DNA from: Eledone cirrhosa
Lineage: Eukaryota
Direction of reading: 5' to 3'
NCBI GenBank assembly: GCA_964016885.1
Contig: OZ024757.1
Coordinates: 1,488,001-1,552,000, forward strand
DNA: 64,000 nt
Position numbers and translations under genes: made by a program
Notes under the pieces: generated by a model
What the model saw: the letters and a program-made list of their open reading frames with translations, nothing else
What the model was told of the DNA's origin: nothing
The model's database searches: none
Part shown: in pieces, positions 1 to 15,000 of the stretch
How positions within the stretch are numbered: the first letter of the stretch is position 1
Layout of the letters: each line of letters opens with the position of its first letter

Positions 1-3000
1 CAGGTGGGGTGACACTGCACCTCCCAAGGATATAGGTGAGAGTGTGTCACCCTACAGGTGGGGTGACACAGCACCTCCCAAGGATATAGGTGAGAGTGTG
101 TCACCCTACAGGTGGGGTGACACTGCACCTCCCAAGGATATAGGTGAGAGTGTGTCACCCTACAGGTGGGGTGACACAGCACCTCCCAGGGATATAGGTG
201 AGAGTGTGTCACCCTACAGATGGGGTGACACTGCACCTCCCAGGGATATAGGTGAGAGTGTGTCACCCTACAGGTGGGGTGACACTGCACCTCCCAGGGA
301 TATAGGTGAGAGTGTGTCACCCTACAGATGGGGTGACACTGCACCTCCCAGAGATATAGGTGAGAGTGTGTCACCCTACAGGTGGGGTGACACTGCACCT
401 CCCAGGCATATAGGTGAGAGTGTGTCACCCTGTAGGTGGGGTGACACTGCACCTCCCAGAGATATAGGTGAGAGTGTGTCACCCTGTAGGTGGGGTGACA
501 CTGCACCTCCCAGAGATATAGGTAAGAGTGTGTCACCTTACAGGTGGGGTGACACTGCACCTCCCAGGGATATAGGTGAGAGTGTGTCACCCTACAGGTG
601 GGGTGACACTGCACCTCCCAGAGATATAGGTGAGAGTGTGTCACCCTGTAGGTGGGGTGACACTGCACCTCCCAGAGATATAGGTAAGAGTGTGTCACCT
701 TACAGGTGGGGTGACACTGCACCTCCCAGGGATATAGGTGAGAGTGTGTCACCCTACAGGTGGGGTGACACTGCACCTCCCAGAGATATAGGTGAGAGTG
801 TGTCACCCTGTAGGTGGGGTGACACTGCACCTCCCAGAGATATAGGTAAGAGTGTGTCACCTTACAGGTGGGGTGACACTGCACCTCCCAGGGATATAGG
901 TGAGAGTGTGTCACCCTACAGGTGGGGTGACACTGCACCTCCCAGAGATATAGGTGAGAGTGTGTCACCCTGTAGGTGGGGTGACACTGCACCTCCCAGA
1001 GATATAGGTAAGAGTGTGTCACCTTACAGGTGGGGTGACACTGCACCTCCCAGGGATATAGGTGAGAGTGTGTCACCCTACAGGTGGGGTGACACTGCAC
1101 CTCCCAGGGATATAGGTGAGAGTGTGTCACCCTACAGGTGGGGTGACACTGCACCTCCCAGGGATATAGGTGAGAGTGTGTCACCCTGCAGGTGGGGTGA
1201 CACTGCACCTCCCAGGGATATAGGTGAGAGTGTGTCACCCTACAGGTGGGGTGACACTGCACCTCCCAGGGATATAGGTGAGTGTGTCACCCTACAGATG
1301 GGGTGACACTGCACCTCCCAGGGATATAGGTGAGAGTGTGTCACCCTACAGGTGGGGTGACACTGCACCTCCCAGAGATATAGGTGAGAGTGTGTCACCC
1401 TACAGGTGGGGTGACACTGCACCTCCCAGGGATATAGGTGAGAGTGTGTCACCCTACAGGTGGGGTGACACTGCACCTCCCAGGGATATAGGTGAGAGTG
1501 TGTCACCCTACAGGTGGGGTGACACTGCACCTCCCAGAGATATAGGTGAGAGTGTGTCACCCTACGGGTGGGGTGACACTGCACCTCCCAGAGATATAGG
1601 TAAGAGTGTGTCACCCTACAGGTGGGGTGACACTGCACCTCCCAGAGGTATAGGTGAGAGTGTGTCACCCTACGGGTGGGGTGACACTGCACCTCCCAGA
1701 GATATAGGTGAGAGTGTGTCACCCTACAGGTGGGGTGACACTGCACCTCCCAGGGATATAGGTGAGAGTGTGTTACCTTACAGGTGGGGTGACACTGCAC
1801 CTCCCAGGGATATAGGTGAGAGTGTGTCACCCTACAGGTGGGGTGACACTGCACCTCCCAGGGATATAGGTGAGAGTGTGTCACCCTGCAGGTGGGGTGA
1901 CACTGCACCTCCCAGGGATATAGGTGAGAGTGTGTCACTCTACAGGTGGGGTGACACTGCACCTCCCAGGGATATAGGTGAGAGTGTGTCACCCTGCAGG
2001 TGGGGTGACACCGCACCTCCCAGAGATATAGGTGAGAGTGTGTCACTCTACAGGTGGGGTGACACTGCACCTCCCAGAGATATAGGTGAGAGTGTGTCAC
2101 CCTACAGGTGGGGTGACACTGCACCTCCCAGAGATATAGGTGTGAGTGTGTCACCCTACAGGTGGGGTGACACTGCACCTCCCAGAGATATAGGTGAGAG
2201 TGTGTCACCCTGTAGGTGGGGTGACACTGCACCTCCCAGAGATATAGGTAAGAGTGTGTCACCTTACAGGTGGGGTGACACTGCACCTCCCAGGGATATA
2301 GGTGAGAGTGTGTCACCTTACAGGTGGGGTGACACTGCACCTCCCAGGGATATAGGTGAGAGTGTGTCACCCTACAGGTGGGGTGACACTGCACCTCCCA
2401 GGGATATAGGTGAGAGTGTGTCACCCTGCAGGTGGGGTGACACTGCACCTCCCAGGGATATAGGTGAGAGTGTGTCACCCTACAGGTGGGGTGACACTGC
2501 ACCTCCCAGGGATATAGGTGAGAGTGTGTCACCCTACAGGTGGGGTGACACTGCACCTCCCAGGGATATAGGTGAGAGTGTGTCACCCTGCAGGTGGGGT
2601 GACACTGCACCTCCCAGAGATATAGGTGAGAGTGTGTTACCCTACAGGTGGGGTGACACTGCACCTCCCAGGGTTATAGGTGAGAGTGTGTCACCCTACA
2701 GGTGGGGTGACACTGCACCTCCCAGGGATATAGGTGAGAGTGTGTCACCCTACAGGTGGGGTGACACTGCACCTCCCAGGGATATAGGTAAGAGTGTGTC
2801 ACCCTACAGGTGGGGTGACACTGCACCTCCCAGAGATATAGGTGAGAGTGTGTCACCCTACAGGTGGGGTGACACTGCACCTCCCAGAGATATAGGTGAG
2901 AGTGTGTCACCCTACAGGTGGGGTGACACTGCACCTCCCAGAGATATAGGTGAGAGTGTGTCACCCTACAGGTGGGGTGACACTGCACCTCCCAGGGATA

Positions 3001-6000
3001 TAGGTGAGAGTGTGTCACCCTGCAGGTGGGGTGACACTGCACCTCCCAGGGATATAGGTGAGAGTGTGTCACCCTACAGGTGGGGTGACACTGCACCTCC
3101 CAGAGATATAGGTGAGAGTGTGTCACCCTACAGGTGGGGTGACACTGCACCTCCCAGGGATATAGGTGAGAGTGTGTCACCCTGCAGGTGGGGTGACACT
3201 GCACCTCCCAGAGATATAGGTGAGAGTATGTCACCCTACAGGTGGAGTGACACTGCACCTCCCAGGGATATAGGTGAGAGTGTGTCACCCTACAGGTGGG
3301 GTGACACTGCACCTCCCAGGGATATAGGTGAGAGTGTGTCACCCTGCAGGTGGGGTGACACTGCACCTCCCAGAGATATAGGTGAGAGTATGTCACCCTA
3401 CAGGTGGAGTGACACTGCACCTCCCAGGGATATAGGTGAGAGTGTGTTACCCTACAGGTGGGGTGTCACTGCACCTCCCAGGGTTATAGGTGAGAGTGTG
3501 TCACCCTACAGGTGGGGTGACACTGCACCTCCCAGAGATATAGGTGAGAGTGTGTTACCCTACAGGTGGGGTGACACTGCACCTCCCAGGGATATAGGTG
3601 AGAGTGTGTCACCCTACAGGTGGGGTGACACTGCACCTCCCAGAGATATAGGTGAGAGTGTGTTACCCTACAGGTGGGGTGACACTGCACCTCCCAGGGT
3701 TATAGGTGAGAGTGTGTTACCCTACAGGTGGGGTGACACTGCACCTCCCAGAGATATAGGTGAGAGTGTGTCACCCTACAGGTGGGGTGACACTGCACCT
3801 CCCAGGGATATAGGTGAGAGTGTGTCACCCTGCAGGTGGTGTGACACTGCACCTGCCAGAGATATAGGTGAGAGTGTGTCACCCTACAGATGGAGTGACA
3901 CTGCACCTCCCAGGGATATAGGTGAGAGTGTGTCACCCTACAGGTGGAGTGACACTGCACCTCCCAGGGATATAGGTGAGAGTGTGTCACTCTACAGGTG
4001 GGGTGACACTGCACCTCCCAGGGATATAGGTGAGAGTGTGTCACCCTGCAGGTGGGGTGACACTGCACCTCCCAGGGATATAGGTGAGAGTGTGTCACCC
4101 TGCAGGTGGTGTGACACTGCACCTGCCAGAGATATAGGTGAGAGTGTGTCACCCTACAGATGGAGTGACACTGCACCTCCCAGGGATATAGGTGAGAGTG
4201 TGTCACCCTACAGGTGGGGTGACACTGCACCTCCCAGGGATATAGGTGAGAGTGTGTCACCCTACAGGTGGGGTGACACTGCACCTCCCAGGGATATAGG
4301 TGAGCGTGTCACCCTACAGGTGGAGTGACACTGCACCTCCCTGGGATATAGGTGAGAGTGTGTCACCCTACAGGTGGAGTGACACTGCACCTCCCAGGGA
4401 TATAGGTGAGAGTGTGTCACCCTACAGGTGGGGTGACACTGCACCTCCCAGGGATATAGGTGAGAGTGTGTCACCCTGCAGGTGGGGTGACACTGCACCT
4501 CCCAGGGATATAGGTGAGAGTGTGTCACCCTACAGGTGGGGTGACACTGCACCTCCCAGGGATATAGGTGAGAGTGTGTCACCCTACAGGTGGGGTGACA
4601 CTGCACCTCCCAGTGATATAGGTGAGAGTGTGTCACCTTACAGGTGGGGTGACACTGCACCTCCCAGGGATATAGGTGAGAGTGTGTCACCCTACAGGTG
4701 GAGTGACACTGCACCTCCCAGAGATATAGGTGAGAGTGTGTCACCCTACAGGTGGGGTGACACTGCACCTCCCAGGGATATAGGTGAGAGTGTGTCACCC
4801 TACAGGTGGGGTGACACTGCACCTCCCAAGGATATAGGTGAGAGTGTGTCACCCTACAGGTGGGGTGACACTGCACCTCCCAGAGATATAGGTGAGAGTG
4901 TGTCACCCTACAGGTGGGGTGACACTGCACCTCCCAGGGATATAGGTGAGAGTGTGTCACCCTACAGGTGGGGTGACACTGCACCTCCCAAGGATATAGG
5001 TGAGAGTGTGTCACCCTACAGGTGGGGTGACACTGCACCTCCCAGGGATATAGGTGAGAGTGTGTCACCCTACAGGTGGGGTGACACTGCACCTCCCAAG
5101 GATATAGGTGAGAGTCTGTCACCCTACATGTGGGGTGACACTGCACCTCCCAGGGATATAGGTGAGAGTGTGTCACCCTACATGTGGGGTGACACTGCAC
5201 CTCCCAGGGATATAGGTGAGAGTGTGTCACCCTACAGGTGGGGTGACACTGCACCTCCCAAGGATATAGGTGGGAGTGTGTCACCCTACAGGTGGGGTGA
5301 CACTGCACCTCCCAGAGATATAGGTGAGAGTGTGTTACCCTACAGGTGGGGTGACACTGCACCTCCCAGGGTTATAGGTGAGAGTGTGTCACCCTACAGG
5401 TGGGGTGACACTGCACCTCCCAGGGATATAGGTGAGAGTGTGTCACCCTACAGGTGGGGTGACACTGCACCTCCCAGGGATATAGGTAAGAGTGTGTCAC
5501 CCTACAGGTGGGGTGACACTGCACCTCCCAGAGATATAGGTGAGAGTGTGTCACCCTACAGGTGGGGTGACACTGCACCTCCCAGAGATATAGGTGAGAG
5601 TGTGTCACCCTACAGGTGGGGTGACACTGCACCTCCCAGAGATATAGGTGAGAGTGTGTCACCCTACAGGTGGGGTGACACTGCACCTCCCAGGGATATA
5701 GGTGAGAGTGTGTCACCCTGCAGGTGGGGTGACACTGCACCTCCCAGGGATATAGGTGAGAGTGTGTCACCCTACAGGTGGGGTGACACTGCACCTCCCA
5801 GAGATATAGGTGAGAGTGTGTCACCCTACAGGTGGGGTGACACTGCACCTCCCAGGGATATAGGTGAGAGTGTGTCACCCTGCAGGTGGGGTGACACTGC
5901 ACCTCCCAGAGATATAGGTGAGAGTATGTCACCCTACAGGTGGAGTGACACTGCACCTCCCAGGGATATAGGTGAGAGTGTGTCACCCTACAGGTGGGGT

Positions 6001-9000
6001 GACACTGCACCTCCCAGGGATATAGGTGAGAGTGTGTCACCCTGCAGGTGGGGTGACACTGCACCTCCCAGAGATATAGGTGAGAGTATGTCACCCTACA
6101 GGTGGAGTGACACTGCACCTCCCAGGGATATAGGTGAGAGTGTGTTACCCTACAGGTGGGGTGTCACTGCACCTCCCAGGGTTATAGGTGAGAGTGTGTC
6201 ACCCTACAGGTGGGGTGACACTGCACCTCCCAGAGATATAGGTGAGAGTGTGTTACCCTACAGGTGGGGTGACACTGCACCTCCCAGGGATATAGGTGAG
6301 AGTGTGTCACCCTACAGGTGGGGTGACACTGCACCTCCCAGAGATATAGGTGAGAGTGTGTTACCCTACAGGTGGGGTGACACTGCACCTCCCAGGGTTA
6401 TAGGTGAGAGTGTGTTACCCTACAGGTGGGGTGACACTGCACCTCCCAGAGATATAGGTGAGAGTGTGTCACCCTACAGGTGGGGTGACACTGCACCTCC
6501 CAGGGATATAGGTGAGAGTGTGTCACCCTGCAGGTGGTGTGACACTGCACCTGCCAGAGATATAGGTGAGAGTGTGTCACCCTACAGATGGAGTGACACT
6601 GCACCTCCCAGGGATATAGGTGAGAGTGTGTCACCCTACAGGTGGAGTGACACTGCACCTCCCAGGGATATAGGTGAGAGTGTGTCACTCTACAGGTGGG
6701 GTGACACTGCACCTCCCAGGGATATAGGTGAGAGTGTGTCACCCTGCAGGTGGGGTGACACTGCACCTCCCAGGGATATAGGTGAGAGTGTGTCACCCTG
6801 CAGGTGGTGTGACACTGCACCTGCCAGAGATATAGGTGAGAGTGTGTCACCCTACAGATGGAGTGACACTGCACCTCCCAGGGATATAGGTGAGAGTGTG
6901 TCACCCTACAGGTGGGGTGACACTGCACCTCCCAGGGATATAGGTGAGAGTGTGTCACCCTACAGGTGGGGTGACACTGCACCTCCCAGGGATATAGGTG
7001 AGCGTGTCACCCTACAGGTGGAGTGACACTGCACCTCCCTGGGATATAGGTGAGAGTGTGTCACCCTACAGGTGGAGTGACACTGCACCTCCCAGGGATA
7101 TAGGTGAGAGTGTGTCACCCTACAGGTGGGGTGACACTGCACCTCCCAGGGATATAGGTGAGAGTGTGTCACCCTGCAGGTGGGGTGACACTGCACCTCC
7201 CAGGGATATAGGTGAGAGTGTGTCACCCTACAGGTGGGGTGACACTGCACCTCCCAGGGATATAGGTGAGAGTGTGTCACCCTACAGGTGGCGTGACACT
7301 GCACCTCCCAGTGATATAGGTGAGAGTGTGTCACCTTACAGGTGGGGTGACACTGCACCTCCCAGGGATATAGGTGAGAGTGTGTCACCCTACAGGTGGA
7401 GTGACACTGCACCTCCCAGAGATATAGGTGAGAGTGTGTCACCCTACAGGTGGGGTGACACTGCACCTCCCAGGGATATAGGTGAGAGTGTGTCACCCTA
7501 CAGGTGGGGTGACACTGCACCTCCCAAGGATATAGGTGAGAGTGTGTCACCCTACAGGTGGGGTGACACTGCACCTCCCAGAGATATAGGTGAGAGTGTG
7601 TCACCCTACAGGTGGGGTGACACTGCACCTCCCAGGGATATAGGTGAGAGTGTGTCACCCTACAGGTGGGGTGACACTGCACCTCCCAAGGATATAGGTG
7701 AGAGTGTGTCACCCTACAGGTGGGGTGACACTGCACCTCCCAGGGATATAGGTGAGAGTGTGTCACCCTACAGGTGGGGTGACACTGCACCTCCCAAGGA
7801 TATAGGTGAGAGTCTGTCACCCTACATGTGGGGTGACACTGCACCTCCCAGGGATATAGGTGAGAGTGTGTCACCCTACATGTGGGGTGACACTGCACCT
7901 CCCAGGGATATAGGTGAGAGTGTGTCACCCTACAGGTGGGGTGACACTGCACCTCCCAAGGATATAGGTGGGAGTGTGTCACCCTACAGGTGGGGTGACA
8001 CTGCACCTCCCAGAGATATAGGTGAGAGTGTGTCACCCTACAGGTGGGGTGACACTGCACCTCCCAGGGATATAGGTGAGAGTGTGTCACCCTGTAGGTG
8101 GGGTGACACTGCACCTCCCAAGGATATAGGTGAGAGTGTGTCACCCTACAGGTGGGGTGACACTGCACCTCCCAGGGATATAGGTGAGAGTGTGTCACCC
8201 TACAGGTGGGGTGACACTGCACCTCCCAAGGATATAGGTGAGAGTGTGTCACCCTACATGTGGGGTGACACTGCACCTCCCAGGGATATAGGTGAGAGTG
8301 TGTCACCCTACATGTGGGGTGACACTGCACCTCCCAGGGATATAGGTGAGAGTGTGTCACCCTACAGGTGGGGTGACACTGCACCTCCCAAGGATATAGG
8401 TGAGAGTGTGTCACCCTACATGTGGGGTGACACTGCACCTCCCAGGGATATAGGTGAGAGTGTGTCACCCTACAGGTGGGGTGACACTGCACCTCCCAGG
8501 GATATAGGTGAGAGTGTGTCACCCTACAGGTGGGGTGACACTGCACCTCCCAGAGATATAGGTGAGAGTGTGTCACCCTACATGTGGGGTGACACTGCAC
8601 CTCCCAGACATATAGGTGAGAGTGTGTCACCCTACAGGTGGGGTGACACTGCACCTCCCAGAGATATAGGTGAGAGTGTGTCACCCTACAGGTGGGGTGA
8701 CACTGCACCTCCCAGGGATATAGGTGAGAGTGTGTCACCCTGTAGGTGGGGTGACACTGCACCTCCCAAGGATATAGGTGAGAGTGTGTCACCCTACAGG
8801 TGGGGTGACACTGCACCTCCCAGAGATATAGGTGAGAGTGTGTCACCCTGTAGGTGGGGTGACACTGCACCTCCCAGAGATATAGGTAAGAGTGTGTCAC
8901 CTTACAGGTGGGGTGACACTGCACCTCCCAGGGATATAGGTGAGAGTGTGTCACCCTACAGGTGGGGTGACACTGCACCTCCCAGAGATATAGGTGAGAG

Positions 9001-12000
9001 TGTGTCACCCTACAGGTGGGGTGACACTGCACCTCCCAGGGATATAGGTGAGAGTGTGTCACCCTACAGGTGGGGTGACACTGCACCTCCCAGGGATATA
9101 GGTGAGAGTGTGTCACCCTACAGGTGGGGTGACACTGCACCTCCCAGACATATAGGTGAGAGTGTGTCACCCTACAGGTGGGGTGACACTGCACCTCCCA
9201 GAGATATAGGTGAGAGTATGTCACCCTACAGGTGGGGTGACACTGCACCTCCCAGAGATATAGGTGAGAGTGTGTCACCCTACAGATGGGGTGACACTGC
9301 ACCTCCCAGGGATATAGGTGAGAGTATGTCACCCTACAGGTGGGGTGACACTGCACGTCCCAGAGATATAGGTGAGAGTGTGTCACCTTACAGGTGGGGT
9401 GACACTGCACCTCCCAGACATATAGGTGAGAGTGTGTCACCCTACAGGTGGGGTGACACTGCACCTCCCAGGGATATAGGTGAGAGTGTGTCACCCTACA
9501 GGTGGGGTGACACTGCACCTCCCAGACATATAGGTGAGAGTGTGTCACCCTACAGGTGGGGTGACACTGCACCTCCCAGACTTATAGGTGAGAGTGTGTC
9601 ACCCTACAGATGGGGTGACACTGCACCTCCCAGGGATATAGGTGAGAGTGTGTCACCCTACAGGTGGAGTGACACTGCACCTCCCAGGGATATAGGTGAG
9701 AGTGTGTCACCCTACAGATGGGGTGACACTGCACCTCCCAGGGATATAGGTGAGAGTGTGTCACCCTACAGGTGGGGTGACACTGCACCTCCCAGGGTTA
9801 TAGGTGAGAGTGTGTCACCCTACAGGTGGGGTGACACTGCACCTCCCAGAGATATAGGTGAGAGTGTGTCACCCTACAGGTGGAGTGACACTGCACCCCC
9901 CAAGGATATAGGTGAGAGTGTGTCACCCTACAGGTGGGGTGACACTGCACCTCCCAGGGTTATAGGTGAGAGTGTGTCACCCTACAGGTGGGGTGACACT
10001 GCACCTCCCAGGGATATAGGTGAGAGTGTGTCACCCTACAGGTGGGGTGACACTGCACCTCCCAGGGATATAGGTGAGAGTGTGTCACCCTACAGGTGGG
10101 GTGACACTGCACCTCCCAGGGATATAGGTGAGAGTGTGTCACTCTGCAGGTGGGGTGACACTGCACCTCCCAAGGATATAGGTGAGAGTGTGTCACCCTA
10201 CAGGTGGGGTGACACAGCACCTCCCAAGGATATAGGTGAGAGTGTGTCACCCTACAGGTGGGGTGACACTGCACCTCCCAGGGATATAGGTGAGAGTGTG
10301 TCACCCTACAGGTGGGGTGACACTGCACCTCCCAGGGATATAGGTGAGAGTGTGTCACCCTACAGGTGGGGTGACACTGCACCTCCCAGACATATAGGTG
10401 AGAGTGTGTCACCCTACAGGTGGAGTGACACTGCACCTCCCAGAGATATAGGTGAGAGTATGTCACCCTACAGGTGGGGTGACACTGCACCTCCCAGAGA
10501 TATAGGTGAGAGTGTGTCACCCTACAGGTGGGGTGACACTGCACCTCCCAGGGATATAGGTGAGAGTGTGTCACCCTACAGATGGGGTGACACTGCACCT
10601 CCCAGGGATATAGGTGAGAGTGTGTCACCCTACAGGTGGAGTGACACTGCACCTCCCAGGGATATAGGTGAGAGTGTGTCACCCTACAGATGGGGTGACA
10701 CTGCACCTCCCAGGGTTATAGGTGAGAGTGTGTCACCCTACAGGTGGGGTGACACTGCACCTCCCAGGGTTATAGGTGAGAGTGTGTCACCCTACAGGTG
10801 GGGTGACACTGCACCTCCCAGGGTTATAGGTGAGAGTGTGTCACCCTACAGGTGGAGTGACACTGCACCTCCCAAGGATATAGGTGAGAGTGTGTCACCC
10901 TACAGGTGGGGTGACACTGCACCTCCCAGGGTTATAGGTGAGAGTGTGTCACCCTACAGGTGGGGTGACACTGCACCTCCCAGGGATATAGGTGAGAGTG
11001 TGTCACCCTACAGGTGGGGTGACACTGCACCTCCCAGGGTTATAGGTGAGAGTGTGTCACCCTACAGGTGGGGTGACACTGCACCTCCCAGAGATATAGG
11101 TGAGAGTGTGTCACCCTACAGGTGGGGTGACACTGCACCTCCCAGGGATATAGGTGAGAGTGTGTCACCCTACAGATGGGGTGACACTGCACCTCCCAGA
11201 GATATAGGTGAGAGTGTGTCACCCTACAGGTGGGGTGACACTGCACCTCCCAGAGATATAGGTGAGAGTGTGTCACCCTACAGGTGGGGTGACACTGCAC
11301 CTCCCAGAGATATAGGTGAGAGTGTGTCACCCTACAGGTGGGGTGACACTGCACCTCCCAGAGATATAGGTGAGAGTGTGTCACCCTACAGGTGGAGTGA
11401 CACTGCACCTCCCAAGGATATAGGTGAGAGTGTGTCACCCTACAGGTGGGGTGACACTGCACCTCCCAGGGTTATAGGTGAGAGTGTGTCACCCTACAGG
11501 TGGGGTGACACTGCACCTCCCAGGGATATAGGTGAGAGTGTGTCACCCTACAGGTGGGGTGACACTGCACCTCCCAGGGATATAGGTGAGAGTGTGTCAC
11601 CCTACAGGTGGGGTGACACTGCACCTCCCAAGGTTATAGGTGAGAGTGTGTCACCCTACAGGTGGGGTGACACTGCACCTCCCAGGGATATAGGTGAGAG
11701 TGTGTCACCCTACAGGTGGGGTGACACTGCACCTCCCAGGGATATAGGTGAGAGTGTGTCACCCTACAGGTGGGGTGACACTGCACCTCCCAGAGATATA
11801 GGTGAGAGTGTGTCACCCTACAGGTGGGGTGACACTGCACCTCCCAGGGATATAGGTGAGAGTGTGTCACCCTACAGGTGGGGTGACACTGCACCTCCCA
11901 GGGATATAGGTGAGAGTGTGTCACCCTACAGGTGGGGTGACACTGCACCTCCCAGACATATAGGTGAGAGTGTGTCACCCTACAGGTGGGGTGACACTGC

Positions 12001-15000
12001 ACCTCCCAGAGATATAGGTGAGAGTATGTCACCCTACAGGTGGGGTGACACTGCACCTCCCAGAGATATAGGTGAGAGTGTGTCACCCTACAGATGGGGT
12101 GACACTGCACCTCCCAGGGATATAGGTGAGAGTATGTCACCCTACAGGTGGGGTGACACTGCACGTCCCAGAGATATAGGTGAGAGTGTGTCACCTTACA
12201 GGTGGGGTGACACTGCACCTCCCAGACATATAGGTGAGAGTGTGTCACCCTACAGGTGGGGTGACACTGCACCTCCCAGGGATATAGGTGAGAGTGTGTC
12301 ACCCTACAGGTGGGGTGACACTGCACCTCCCAGACATATAGGTGAGAGTGTGTCACCCTACAGGTGGGGTGACACTGCACCTCCCAGACATATAGGTGAG
12401 AGTGTGTCACCCTACAGATGGGGTGACACTGCACCTCCCAGGGATATAGGTGAGAGTGTGTCACCCTACAGGTGGAGTGACACTGCACCTCCCAGGGATA
12501 TAGGTGAGAGTGTGTCACCCTACAGATGGGGTGACACTGCACCTCCCAGGGATATAGGTGAGAGTGTGTCACCCTACAGGTGGGGTGACACTGCACCTCC
12601 CAGGGTTATAGGTGAGAGTGTGTCACCCTACAGGTGGGGTGACACTGCACCTCCCAGAGATATAGGTGAGAGTGTGTCACCCTACAGGTGGAGTGACACT
12701 GCACCCCCCAAGGATATAGGTGAGAGTGTGTCACCCTACAGGTGGGGTGACACTGCACCTCCCAGGGTTATAGGTGAGAGTGTGTCACCCTACAGGTGGG
12801 GTGACACTGCACCTCCCAGGGATATAGGTGAGAGTGTGTCACCCTACAGGTGGGGTGACACTGCACCTCCCAGGGATATAGGTGAGAGTGTGTCACCCTA
12901 CAGGTGGGGTGACACTGCACCTCCCAGGGATATAGGTGAGAGTGTGTCACTCTGCAGGTGGGGTGACACTGCACCTCCCAAGGATATAGGTGAGAGTGTG
13001 TCACCCTACAGGTGGGGTGACACAGCACCTCCCAAGGATATAGGTGAGAGTGTGTCACCCTACAGGTGGGGTGACACTGCACCTCCCAGGGATATAGGTG
13101 AGAGTGTGTCACCCTACAGGTGGGGTGACACTGCACCTCCCAGGGATATAGGTGAGAGTGTGTCACCCTACAGGTGGGGTGACACTGCACCTCCCAGACA
13201 TATAGGTGAGAGTGTGTCACCCTACAGGTGGAGTGACACTGCACCTCCCAGAGATATAGGTGAGAGTATGTCACCCTACAGGTGGGGTGACACTGCACCT
13301 CCCAGAGATATAGGTGAGAGTGTGTCACCCTACAGGTGGGGTGACACTGCACCTCCCAGGGATATAGGTGAGAGTGTGTCACCCTACAGATGGGGTGACA
13401 CTGCACCTCCCAGGGATATAGGTGAGAGTGTGTCACCCTACAGGTGGAGTGACACTGCACCTCCCAGGGATATAGGTGAGAGTGTGTCACCCTACAGATG
13501 GGGTGACACTGCACCTCCCAGGGTTATAGGTGAGAGTGTGTCACCCTACAGGTGGGGTGACACTGCACCTCCCAGGGTTATAGGTGAGAGTGTGTCACCC
13601 TACAGGTGGGGTGACACTGCACCTCCCAGGGTTATAGGTGAGAGTGTGTCACCCTACAGGTGGAGTGACACTGCACCTCCCAAGGATATAGGTGAGAGTG
13701 TGTCACCCTACAGGTGGGGTGACACTGCACCTCCCAGGGTTATAGGTGAGAGTGTGTCACCCTACAGGTGGGGTGACACTGCACCTCCCAGGGATATAGG
13801 TGAGAGTGTGTCACCCTACAGGTGGGGTGACACTGCACCTCCCAGGGTTATAGGTGAGAGTGTGTCACCCTACAGGTGGGGTGACACTGCACCTCCCAGA
13901 GATATAGGTGAGAGTGTGTCACCCTACAGGTGGGGTGACACTGCACCTCCCAGGGATATAGGTGAGAGTGTGTCACCCTACAGATGGGGTGACACTGCAC
14001 CTCCCAGAGATATAGGTGAGAGTGTGTCACCCTACAGGTGGGGTGACACTGCACCTCCCAGAGATATAGGTGAGAGTGTGTCACCCTACAGGTGGGGTGA
14101 CACTGCACCTCCCAGAGATATAGGTGAGAGTGTGTCACCCTACAGGTGGGGTGACACTGCACCTCCCAGAGATATAGGTGAGAGTGTGTCACCCTACAGG
14201 TGGAGTGACACTGCACCTCCCAAGGATATAGGTGAGAGTGTGTCACCCTACAGGTGGGGTGACACTGCACCTCCCAGGGTTATAGGTGAGAGTGTGTCAC
14301 CCTACAGGTGGGGTGACACTGCACCTCCCAGGGATATAGGTGAGAGTGTGTCACCCTACAGGTGGGGTGACACTGCACCTCCCAGGGATATAGGTGAGAG
14401 TGTGTCACCCTACAGGTGGGGTGACACTGCACCTCCCAAGGTTATAGGTGAGAGTGTGTCACCCTACAGGTGGGGTGACACTGCACCTCCCAGGGATATA
14501 GGTGAGAGTGTGTCACCCTACAGGTGGGGTGACACTGCACCTCCCAGGGATATAGGTGAGAGTGTGTCACCCTACAGGTGGGGTGACACTGCACCTCCCA
14601 GGGTTATAGGTGAGAGTGTGTCACCCTACAGGTGGGGTGACACTGCACCTCCCAAGGATATAGGTGAGAGTGTGTCACCCTACAGGTGGGGTGACACAGC
14701 ACCTCCCAAGGATATAGGTGAGAGTGTGTCACCCTACAGGTGGGGTGACACTGCACCTCCCAAGGATATAGGTGAGAGTGTGTCACCTTACAGGTGGGAT
14801 GACACAGCACCTCCCAGGGATATAGGTGAGAGTGTGTCACCCTACAGATGGGGTGACACTGCACCTCCCAGGGATATAGGTGAGAGTGTGTCACCCTACA
14901 GGTGGGGTGACACTGCACCTCCCAGGGTTATAGGTGAGAGTGTGTCACCCTACAGATGGGTGACACTGCACCTCCCAGAGATATAGGTGAGAGTGTGTCA

